A DNA stretch of 60,732 bases, filler included, from Platydemus manokwari (taxonomy: Eukaryota), in the NCBI GenBank assembly GCA_037951405.1. It is 5 parts of 5 records of this genome, joined end to end, with 100 filler letters (N's around TTAATTAATTAA, not from the genome) between each part and the next. Parts side by side here need not be neighbours in the genome. Positions count along the whole stretch, not along the records: positions 24,336 to 34,019 come from JBBMOY011218322.1; positions 34,120 to 44,017 come from JBBMOY011191544.1; 3 more parts are not named here. One strand, written 5' to 3'. Positions within the stretch are counted from its first letter, which is position 1. Every line of letters starts with the position of its first letter. The notes under the pieces were generated by a model. The model did no database searches. It was given only the letters and a program-made list of their open reading frames with translations, and was not told the DNA's origin. Below are positions 25,216 through 37,000 of the stretch, in pieces. A program made the position numbers and the translations under genes.

Positions 25216-25638
25216 TTATTCAAATGAATCATCGGATTCAAATGATAACTGCTCCTTGCTTTCCATCCACTTGTTAAAGTCGCCGAATTCATTATCACCG
25301 GCCTTCAATGTTGATTCAAATTTATGATCTGTAATTTTTTTGGAATCATTTTTACCTTTGGAATCATTGATGAAATCATTATCAAATTTTTTCAAACTAG
25401 TGATAGGAGTGGATTTTTGAGAAACAGATCTTGAAATAGATTTTTTAAATGGTTTTTTAACAAATCTTTTATGGTGATCTACTGATTGGTTCTGGTTAGA
25501 ATTTTTCAAGATAGACATTGTATGATAAAGACTGGAACGCAATTCTTTGATCATTTCAGAGTTTCGTTTTAATTGAGCTCGAATATCCGTCATATTCTTC
25601 GTCAATGCTCTCGTTGTTGAATTCCATAAGTGTTCCAT
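25216..25638 (-). CDS. Hypothetical 140-aa protein, N-terminal coiled-coil and acidic C-terminus
   Basis: Unusually long ORF for this base composition with protein-like composition; lies between a plausible acceptor (25707-25708) and a consensus donor AAG|GTGAGT (25164-25165). No domain recognised. Confidence 0.5.
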   Translation of the reverse strand: MEHLWNSTTRALTKNMTDIRAQLKRNSEMIKELRSSLYHTMSILKNSNQNQSVDHHKRFVKKPFKKSISRSVSQKSTPITSLKKFDNDFINDSKGKNDSKKITDHKFESTLKAGDNEFGDFNKWMESKEQLSFESDDSFE

Positions 25639-26085
25639 ATGACGTAGTTAATTATGAAAATTATTCACTTGTTCGATTATCAGTTCTGGTTGATTATGCT
25701 TGACAACTATGGAATTTTTATTTAAATTTATTTTTCATTGATTTATTGAAATTTACTGAACTATTCATTGGAATCTCTGCTGATATTTTAAATTATACGA
25801 ACATCACTTTAAAAATCAGGTTTTCAATATTGGGATAAAATAATTAATCAGTGATTTGTTACTATCAGTCAGAAAGTACTTTCAATTAGTTTACTTTTTA
25901 TAAAGCTCGCTATATATAAAAATTAAAGTTATCAAAGTTACACTTTACATGTTAATATGGAATCCAACCAAAGATACAATTATACCAGTTGCCAGTGATA
26001 CCATGTTATGTTAGAATGATTTTTGATTAAGTCTTGGTAGATTCCAATTCATAAAGTATCAAATTATGCACTGTGAATTCAACAT

Positions 26086-26137
26086 TTTATCTGATGTTGG
26101 TGAGTAGAAAAAACTACGAAATATGTCTATTGATGAA
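26086..26137 (+). ncRNA. Minimal type I hammerhead ribozyme-like motif with variant core (UUGGUGA)
   Basis: Stem I TTTATC-T-GATG(26086-26096)/TATT-GATGAA(26128-26137); core TTGGTGA(26097-26103); stem II GTAG/CTAC with A6 loop; GAAA(26118-26121); short stem III TATG; GUC triplet (cut after C26127). Confidence 0.5.
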
Positions 26138-27449
26138 CTTTGAACCCGGTCGATGGATTATTCAATCAAATGTACAATCATGGTAAAAATTACTGTGGTT
26201 TTGTCCATCTAGAAATTACTATCCGATTATATTATCCACTTGATTAATAGATGATGTATTCATGTTTTATTATTGCGTGTAAGTTCTCTGAGCTTATTCA
26301 AATACTATTTATCATCCCTTATTCAATTATTGTATACACAGAAAAGCATATTAATAACGATTTAAATCTTGAGAGTTACTTTATTTTAAATAATGATAAA
26401 GAAACCATCTAAAATTAAGAGATTAATTAGAGTCAATTAGATATTTCTGACAGATTTCATCGATATGAAATGAAACCTTGAATTCATCAACTCATAAATG
26501 TTGTTTACGCGAGTTTTTGTGCTTATATCTTTCTGTTAAATTTTGCTATCATTTGTACATTGTTAACACCTATTGCATCAATATGTGGCCCACATAGTTA
26601 ATTAGTTTTTATCGGACTTAATACGATCTAATTCAAGAAATAAAAGTAATTTAATCTTTTTTCTGTGCGAGTTATCTTGAAAACGATTTATCCACCGTGA
26701 ATCATTCAATTAATTATAAAATAATGATCTCTGCCCACACATATGTACCAAGTACTGTTCAGTTGATTTGGTATAGTTTCCGGTCTGAATTCATAAATCA
26801 TCGATTTCGTTTGTAAAGGTTGAAAGCTTTAACTTTCGCTAAAATAATAATGAAGTCTTGTACTTTACTAATGGATTATTAGCATTACTTAATGCCATGA
26901 TGTCTTGAAATGTGTTTGATGACATTCTAATCGCAGTTTGATGATATAAATCGATAACTTGAAAAGTTCTTTGCAATACTTTTGCGTAATATGAAAAAAT
27001 GTATTGTTTATTTTATTGAAGACATTAGTTGATGAATCAAGTCTACGAGAAAAGGTGTTATTTGCCAATTCAGAAATCTCCCCAATATTTCAATGAAGGT
27101 TGGATTATAAATATCATAATCGAATTATTAAATACGAATAAAAACCAAAAAAAAGTATTATAATCATGAAAATTAGATCATAGTTGATGAAAATTAATTT
27201 TCCAATATCAATAAATATTATTATGATAATTTATCATTTCCAATCTAAACAATATTCTCGCCAATTACGGCTGGTCTGTTTTATGAAATGAAGATAATAA
27301 ATTTTGAAACGAATATTTATTAATCCACAGTTTACGTTAAATGAATTAGTTTGCAATAATTCTATTCCATGATAGCACAGCTACTAAAGATACGATCATA
27401 TGCTAATTCTCATCAATCGGCCGGATGTTTAGATCGCCATACACTGCCA

Positions 27450-27455
27450 TATAAA
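27450..27455 (+). promoter_or_regulatory. Putative TATA box of the Ig/LDLa gene
   Basis: GCCATATAAACAC ~45 nt upstream of ATG 27499. Confidence 0.45.
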
Positions 27456-27498
27456 CACAAAGCTCACCACAAATGAATATTTTCATTATTATAATTAA

Positions 27499-30400
27499 AT
27501 GAAATTTTACTGGTCATTAGCTTTCGTGCTGTTATTGTATTTATCATTTCTGGAGGCTCAGGAAACTGGCCATGAAGTTCAGTTGGGTTCTACTGTCAAT
27601 CTTCAATGTAAACCAAGTTCCACCCATCCATCTGCTCCAACATCGTATCAGTGGTTTGGTCCACAAGGCCAACACTTGGGCTCGAACATACATTTAATCA
27701 TTCCGAATTTTGCTGCAGAGCATCAAGGAACTTACACATGTAGAGCAACTCAAATTATCGATGGTCAACCTGCCAGCAGTTCAAAATCAATACTTGTGAG
27801 ATTAAAAGGTAAGATTAATAACTGAAATTGTATTGAAGATGAAATTTTATTTACAGTGGGCATTGAGTACCCTCAAGTGTCTGCGCCACAAGTATATAAT
27901 ACATTCGCGTCTGGAATATTATTTCTTTTATGTAAATCGTCAAAAGGACCAGATCAAGAGTTCAAATTTGAATGGATAACTCCAACAGGAGAGAAACATC
28001 CCACTCCTTCATATTTCAAAAACCAAATCAATCTATACGATGCTGGTCGATACACGTGCAGAATGACAAGACTATCTGATAATACCGTTGCAGAGGGTTA
28101 CACGATGGTATCAGTCAATCGTTAGATTAGTATTTCTGTGTCCATAAATTAATGATAATCTTCTTTGTAGAACTTCCCATAAAAGTGGAAAAAATATCTG
28201 GATCAATGAGCATGGGACAAACAGTGTCGATGAGATGTGAAATTGATAAGGTAATCACTGATAACAAGGTTTATTCGCAGTTCAGTTATACTTGGGAGAA
28301 TCCATCGAATCAAATAATTTCAAATAATCAAATCGCCGAAATAAGACTCGATGACCCATCCAAATTTGGGGTTTATAAATGTAAAGTATCAGCTGTTGCC
28401 ATGAATCCACCTTACAGTCAATCACAGAGTGTTGAAATTAGGTATGCTCAAGATTCTAGAAATGGTGGCGATAGAAATTCTGGAGGTAAATAAAAATATA
28501 CGTTTCATTGCTATAGTGATATACATATTAATATTCATAGGCCAAACTGTCACAACTTATACTGGAAGTTTCACAAGTAATCCTACCACTGTCAGATATT
28601 TCCAACCATTGGAGTTGACTTGCAACATTAACCCACCTTTGGCTGATGTTTCATATCAAATCATTTTCAATAATCAATTCTTAACGTCATCTAATAGATA
28701 CAGTATTGCTCGATTAGGAAAAGAAAACCTGGGAATGTACCAGTGCAATATTCAAGGAAAAGATTTTAGAAATGGTCATTTAGTCAATTTGAAAGCAACC
28801 TTTACGTTACAGCCAGAGTTTCGAACGGGTTCGAAAATTGGTGAGAATGAACAATTGAAAAATTATATATTATTATCAAATATTATTAAGAATTATCGGA
28901 ACCGCCTGGACCACAGATTTTTGTCCGTAATGGAGATAAAAGAGAACTGCATTGTGAAATTCCTGCTAATGCAGGCTTGCAAGGAAAAGATGCTGTTTGG
29001 TACTTCAATGGAACGGAAATAACACCAAATGATTTCACCAGATACAATTTACAAGTTCTCCCGAGATTATATGTGAGTATTGTGGTTTTGAGAAATATCC
29101 AATCTAACAATGAGGGCAAATACGAATGCCGAGTTCGTGGAGAAATGAAAGAAGCCTACATTTTAGTTATGGCAAGTATGAAACAACTTTTAATATTTGT
29201 TGTCTAAACCAACTTTATAAAATTTCATAGCTTGTATTATTTGCTGACCGCGTTATCTGAAACCTAATGGAGTTCAATGTTTTTGCACTTTAATCATTTT
29301 CGGAACGTTAATCTCTTTCAATATTGTCTTTTTGAGTTATTTAACACTGATAGACCTAACAAGGCTAGTTTCAGGAAATAACTAACCTGTTATAAGAAAG
29401 GTTGTTTTATTATTAATATTACGAAATGTCGAAAAACCCACTTGTTTAATTAACAACATTCATGAAATATTTGATAATATTTTATTATCTTCTAGGATCT
29501 AGAAATATTGAGGTAAATCCAGCTGACGAAACTAGAAGAGTTGGTGATGGTCGTCCGGTAGAGTTTCACTGTCGAATTGATGGCTATCAATCGAAAAATA
29601 GAGACATAGTCTGGACATTTATAAGTAAAGAAACTGGTCAGGTGACAAGTTTGGACAGTCGTTGGAGACGCATAGATGATCAGACAGCAGATGAAACTAG
29701 TTTTGTTATTATCCAACAAGCTGAAGAGCGTGATTCTGGAACTTATATTTGCACCGAACCACAATCTAGAGATACCGCTCGTGGAGTTTTAAATGTCATT
29801 AATGACTGTGAGAAGCAATTGCTAATTTTTTTTATTTTGTTATTATAATGATAATAATAATTACTGCAATATTTGATATTTAAAAATTTTCTTTAACAAT
29901 TACAGTAAGAATTGTGGTGACCCCACCAATTATCAGGCTGAGAGCTGGCCAGACTGCACAATTTCAATGCTATACTGTAAATCCTGGTAGAACAGTGTCA
30001 TATCCAGATTTCTTTCAAGCCAATGGCGGACGAGCAGCCGACAATCAAAGAACAACAGTAGAGCGACTGGAACCAGGAAAAGTACAACTAACATTCCGTG
30101 CAGTAACAACAAGTGATAATGGAACGAGGTTCACGTGTCGTCACGGTCGATCAATGGCTGATGCTGTTGTTTTAGTTTCACCGGTTTGTGCAGCGGGTTA
30201 TCGATTATGTCGTAATGCTCAATGTATTAATTCGGCGAAATTTTGCGATGGAAGATATGATTGTTCCGATTCATCTGACGAGGATCCACAATTTTGTAGT
30301 AATGGTTTCGATATTTTCTATATTGAATTTCTCATATAAATAAGGACAATGTGATCCACTGTCCAAACCTTGTAAGGAGCATAATGGGCAGAAACCTACC

Positions 30401-32289
30401 AATGATATTTATCAAGCTCATTGGAGTTGTGATGGAGAAGATGATTGTGGCAATGGATATGACGAAGCACGATGTTATGGTAATCAATTGTAAAATACAA
30501 TATTATTATATATTATATTGATTTATTATTGAGGATATTATTTATTATAATGATAGAAAATTTAACTAAGAAAAACTCATTCTATTCTATTGTAGATACA
30601 AATTTATATTTTCTCGCTACAAATATTCTGGTGTCTTAATTGGTTGAAATAAATCGAATTTTGTTTAAAGGTTTAAATTTAAAATGGAGTATTAAGGAGA
30701 AAATGTTAAAAAGATTAAAGTTCATCTAAAATTAAACAATTCGATGAATTAAAACAATGGATCACTCTGTCAATGATATGTGTCATTGTTTTGCACAGCA
30801 GATAGTTAACCGTGTTTGTCAATAAATCGAATTTTCTCTCATAAATTATACCAATACTTTATTATTAATAAAATAAATATCATTATTAATATATTTCTGG
30901 TTGATCTTGATCTTAAGAGATGTTAAAAATAGAAACGACCATGAGGGTTCTTGGGAAGTTAACAAATGTTTGAGAGAAATCTTTTTACTCTTTAAATGCA
31001 TTTCGCTATTGAGACCATCATTAAAGAATTTAAAATGTGGCCAACACTTATTATTACCGATATTATTAGTATATGCAATATATTAGTCATAAAATCGAAA
31101 TTAAAGTAGAATATCCTTCTAACATATAGATCAGATCATTTGAACAATTTCCCTACTGCTTAAAATATATTCAAAAGATGTTTCAATTAAAATTATAATT
31201 TATAATATATTTAAATGTTATATTTATTGGAAAGATGTTCTACTGGATTCCTATGACAAGCGCACAGACACACACACATATATATATATATGCGTATGTG
31301 TGTAGTTATTTAAATTCTTTTAACTTTTAATGTTTGAGATTTGAATAAAATATTTAATTTTTAAACTCGATTTTTAAAATTTTATATATTTTTAAAATCC
31401 TTGCAGTGTTTATTATATTATTGGCGGATTATATGAGGTTATCTGTTAGTTGAATGATTCTAATGTTATAATACAGATATTTGAAATATATTATGTTTGT
31501 TTGGGATTTTCGGTTTGAAAATTCATTTATTCAAATATATCAAAATATTATTATTAATAATGGCTCTATTATTATTATCACAAAAACATAACAACTAAAT
31601 GATTCTAATTGTTTTTACCGAAAATATTTTTCAAAACATTTAAAAATACAATATATTTTATTTACCATTTCATTGTAAAAATCCATATGATATTGATACG
31701 ACAACATTGTTTACGCAGTCATTGTTGCTTAGGAAACGTTCTTCAATGTGGAGGTCTGACTCATCGGTGTAGCGATGGAACTAAAACAATTCCAAAAGCT
31801 TTTCTCTGTGACAAAGATAGCGACTGTCCAAATGGTGAGGATGAAAGCAAATGCGGTATGTAATTCAAAAATGAAAATAGTAACAATAATAATAAAAATA
31901 ATAATATATTAATATATTGGTATATAATTAATACGAGGTTAATGCTAATACCACTAAAGAATTTTCCTTCAGTTACACCAGCGATCATTCCGGAACCAAC
32001 GTCGTCTTATTTGGTAAATGCTCGCCGAGGAGAAACAGTTGAATTCACATGTCAAGTAACAGGTTATCCATTACCAAGAATTATTTGGCGATTTAATTGG
32101 GGTTGTTTAACGGATGAAAATAGAATGACTGTGTCCGAAACATACCAAAATTGTCAAACGACTATAAGTGTTTTAAGAATTTCAAATTTCCAGCCTGGTG
32201 ATGACGGTATTTACAATTGTGAAGGCCTATCTGGTGGTAAACGAGCATGGTCCAAAGATTATCAATTAATGATGAATTTGCGAAACTGA
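27499..32289 (+). CDS. Secreted perlecan-related protein, SP - Ig x7 - LDLa x3 - Ig, ~917 aa, 10 exons
   Basis: Exons 27499-27808, 27857-28120, 28171-28485, 28541-28840, 28891-29175, 29496-29807, 29906-30298, 30345-30479, 31733-31855, 31973-32289 splice in frame, all with phase-1 GT-AG introns. Signal peptide MKFYWSLAFVLLLYLSFLEA; Ig C...W...D/xGxYxC motifs; LDLa CDGxxDCxDxSDE motifs; last Ig has RGETVEFTC..G.P.P.I.WRFNWG, like the perlecan Ig that follows the LDLa cluster. Confidence 0.9.
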
Positions 32290-33471
32290 TATCTGGCTCA
32301 GAATGTTAACTAAATATACTTTAATTTCTTACGATAATCTGATCAACGGTTTTCAGCTAAGAAACTATATTGATAATTTCTTAAATTAAATATTATCATT
32401 ATTATTATTATTATTATTATTAACCTCACAAAATTCCGTAATTAATTCTTTAAATATCTTGGTTAAAATTCGAAAATTTGGCTTTACATATTTTTCTGAT
32501 TAAATCTATTCACAGCAATGAGTTTATTTAATATGAATATGTTGATGAATATGTTGTTCATAGATTTACTATATCCTGTGGGGTTTCCAGGTGTAGTATG
32601 AAGTCTGATAGGAGAAATTTAATATTGTAGAATAAAATTAAGTGTCTGCACTAAAATATGTTCGAGCAATTGCGATTCAGAAATAATAACAAATAGAATG
32701 TAATTAATAAATTATTTGATGGCTTGGAATTAGAGAAGGCTTATATTTAATTTAACAGATCTTGAATAATTTAGGAACGGGTTTAACAAATCCATTTGGA
32801 TTGGAATGTGCGAATCGATTTCGATTTGCAAATAGACAGAAAATACCAATTCGAAAATGTGTAATCTTGCTTATCGATATTAAAATCAACCTAATTTCGA
32901 GCTATATAAAAACTATAATTAATTATTATTCCTCAATGAACTATTATTGAGTTTTCGTTTCGAGCATATTAAGAGTGTTCAAATTATTGTCAATTAATCC
33001 AATAGGTGAGCTCGGTCAGAATAATGTTACCCTCTTTAATTTGAACTTCAGAACTCAAAATTCACCCTAAAATAGTTAAAATAGTTTATAAAGGACAGAA
33101 CAGTTTTAGTTTTCAATCACTGAAAAATCTTGAGTTCGAAATAGTCGCTAAGGTTATTTTAAGAAACTAGAGAAAATTCTTTCGAGTAATTACTGTTAAA
33201 GGCGAATCAGTAAATTTCATACCATATTTAATCATAGAATTATCGCAAATTCTTTAAATGACTTTTAATTTAATTAGTCATTTATTAATAACAATATTCG
33301 CACTTATTTGGTTTGTCCTATATCCCTCATGTGGACACTTAGCAACAATATGCTTGAGTAGCGGGTTACTCTTAGCCGGTTAATTTACCAATTACTGTTG
33401 TTCTTTTGCATCTTGTTCACATTTTCGGTTTCCTAAATAAATCTTATTAATCTTAACCATTATTATTATTA

Positions 33472-34019
33472 GAAAAAAGAAATTAAGATTTATTTCCCAT
33501 AAACATAACAATCTTGGTGATGCGATGGCACAAGTCTTCACATCATTTTTAGAATATATACATTTCCGAAGTCTTCGGATATTTCCTTGAGAAGGTTTTC
33601 TACTCAGATTCCTTATGGTTCTTGTCGATTCTCTTTCAAATCATTGCTACGTCCAGTGAGTTGTTTGAAGGCCCTGTTCCATGATGGGTGCTTGAGGTTT
33701 CGCATATCCGTGTGATTTGGGCTTGGTCTAGGCCGATGTTTGAGGGAACTCCATTGTTCTTTGAGTCCCAAGATCCGAGCACTCCGAGGCAAAGTACGTC
33801 TAAGCTGCCTTCAAAGCGAGTCTTGGTCTTGATATCGGAGGCGATTGACCTGTATTTCTCTGTGCTTCTCAAAATTGTCGGCAAAGTCGAATAGAATTTT
33901 CAGATCCACAATACCAGGTGTACCGGTATGAAATGAGCTTTTTTTGTGGATGCCAAGCCAATAGAAATGTTCGTCTTTCGTAGCAAACCAATCAGACAAC
34001 CAATTTTCGACTTCTGCGT
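33472..34019 (-). mobile_element. 3' end of an R2-group (NeSL-like) non-LTR retrotransposon: restriction-like endonuclease + 3' UTR
   Basis: Minus-strand IVDLKILFDFADNF...KYRSIASDI...VLCLGVLGSWDSKNNGVPSNIGL matches the RLE D..PF...KY...GxLGSW motif; frameshifted; AATAAA then (TAA)n at the 3' junction; cut by an assembly gap. Confidence 0.75.
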
Positions 34020-37000
34020 NNNNNNNNNNNNNNNNNNNNNNNNNNNNNNNNNNNNNNNNNNNNTTAATTAATTAANNNNNNNNNNNNNNNNNNNNNNNNN
34101 NNNNNNNNNNNNNNNNNNNATAAATAAACTATCTATATTAGACGAACTACAACCGAAATTTGAAATATAAATTAAATTCATGTCCGACATAATAAAATTT
34201 AATGGTGGTTTTGATTATTGGCAATGAGTTATTTATAGTCATAACAACATGTATGAATTTATAAGTCAATTCGTATCTATTTAAGTCCCAGTGTGGTTCT
34301 ATATTCATAAGACAACAGATGATATTAAGAAAGAAATAAGCATAGAATAGTTAAAGCATGCATAATGAAAAAATTATAGACTACTAGTGATAAAGAAGTT
34401 TAATCCCATATTGAAGAAAAACTTCAATAGCTCCATCTCAACGAAAATCTTACCCAACATTTTAAAAATGAAATTTTACAATAAAAAAAATCTCAAATCA
34501 TTACACTGATCAATCCAATTATCACCGTTTTACTATCGTAACCAAATAATATGAGAATATGTGTTATATTGTGTAAAGTTTTATGTATCACGTGAACATT
34601 TTATTTTGCAAATTTTTGTAAACTTTTAAATGTCTTTTAAAATCATTTGAGAAAAATTTTTGAAAAATTTTAGTGAAATTTAAAATGTGACGTTTAAAAA
34701 TTTATTTGCATTATTAGAATGCATTCCAAACTTTATGATTATGTATTTTGTGTCGAACAACCCGTCTCAAGGAATTCAGGTAATAAATATAAATTGATAA
34801 GTCACACCGCACACTCAGTAAAACCGAAACAGGAAATAATATTTTGGCTCAATCCACAACTAATATTGAAGAATACTGATGGTCTCTACCATCGAAACAA
34901 ATTGTACAAAAATGGAACTTCACTAAAACCGATAAGCGAGAATTGTAATAGGCATAAATAATATTTTTTGACTAGTTATAAATATGTATAAAGATCCTCA
35001 TGTAATGCGAAGTCCACATCTTCAGCCCAATTATTAGAAAAGATAGTGGGTATCTTAATTTTTAAATATATTTTATCTACATTGGTCTTTGTTAACATCT
35101 ATTAATATTTTAGTTTAAATTTGTGGAAAAAGGATAATATTTTAAATAACTCAGGAGTATCTATTATTAAAAAAACATACTTTTTATTTGATTCACGAAT
35201 TTTAATGTGTTTTTATATGTCTTTTATTATTATTGAAATGTACAACTAAAAGTTGATATGTATATATTTCAATCTGTGTATTTTAATTTTATCTATAGTT
35301 AACTTAGAATATTTTCGTAACAGATATCTCTAAAATCATTTAACTTAATTTTTTTTATTTTTCCAGCAGTCTCAGGAGAGACCTGAGGTTGGTTGGAAGT
35401 TTTTTTTTAATTTTAAAATTTGGTTTTATTAGCTGGTTCCTCTTGCTATTGGTGTTTCTTGTTTTAGCATTATACTTTGCTAATGAATTGAGGAACAAAA
35501 TCACTTATCCCACATAAAAAATTTAATTTTTTTTATCTCAAAATCATGCATTAACGAAAACAGAAATTTTGTTAAAAAGAAATCATATAGTTAATTCTTT
35601 TGGATAATTATCCTTACTAATTTACCTCTGAATGTAAGATTAGGAATGCTATGTAACTATCAAGTAAGTCAAACAAATAAATAAATACAGGAATATAAAA
35701 TTTAAATGAGAATTTAATTCTTCGAGATAAATTTTAAATTTCTGTTGATCAATCTTCAAGAGCAACTTCTCTTGAAATATAAGTTTTTTAGGGGAATCTT
35801 AAATTCATTATTCGAAAATGACAAAACCAAGAGGCATCTATTATAAGAAAATTTCCCATTGGCAGTCAGAAGCGTTCCTTGCATTTCAAAAGTACTTATC
35901 TCGAAAAATATTTTAGCTCAGAAAAATCCTTAAAAATTTCACTAAGTAAACGACAGAGTCATTATTCATTAAAATTCTTCTTTAACAATGGTCAGTAAAG
36001 ATGAAATTCATCAGTTTATAGAAAATTTGCAATAAAATATTTATAAATTTAAACACGGCATTAAAATAAGTGGATTTATAGGTTATAAGAACATCAAATA
36101 TGTTATAAGCACAGCAAAATATTTAAATAAATCCTGAGACATAATTTTCGAATCTCTGAAAGCTTCAGATTTTGGAGATATTTTCAAAATACTGAATATG
36201 TGGAGGAAATATCAAATATGATGAATTTTATTTTATTAAATAAATAAAATGAAGAACTAGGAGAATTAATTGATTGAATTCCTGGGTAAAACTAAAGAAG
36301 AAGTCGATTATGAAATTAATAAGAATTTTAAAAGGAAAAAGATTGTTAAAATTTTAAAAAAAATTATACACGGGAACAAATAAGTTTGTTATTATTGGAA
36401 TATTTGAATTTTTGGAAAGTTATAATTGTCCATTGTATTTAATGATGATTAAATTATGCTCAAATGGAAATAGAGGCGATAGAGAAGATATTTTGCTTGT
36501 CAGAGGTGAAAAAAAGTTAACCATAAAATCTCTAGAATTCTGTATGCTAGAAATAACTTTAAATTCAGAAAGTGAATTGCAACTGTAAGAATAATTACAA
36601 AGTGATGATGTAATTCAATTAAATATTTAAAATAGATTGACAAAGACAATTGATATTGTTGGGTTGTGATAGATGTTTGTATGATATTCCAAACAACTCA
36701 ACAGCGCGAGTTCCATTATGCCTATATTTATTAAAATTAAGTAATCACGAAATAATAACGCACAGTAGTTTTTATAATATTTATTTTTCCACTAAATAAT
36801 GATTTTACAACAATAATTTCAAACAAATTAACTCAATCGAGACATTTTTATATTAAACAAGATGGTGTAGTAATCTTGCCGTGATAGCAAGAACTCAACT
36901 GTAGATCCTAACAATTTATTTATAGATTTTATAATGTGACTAAAATATGTGATCCTTTTGGATATTTTTATTTTATTTATGATTTTAAAATTATCAAATT

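Noticed and set aside
13354-25706. Genome-wide TAA/TAG reassignment suggested by in-frame stops near the RING and 25-kb ORFs
   Set aside because: The ~917-codon Ig/LDLa gene and the MXD gene contain no internal TAR, and the lectin and Cys-rich genes end in TAA.
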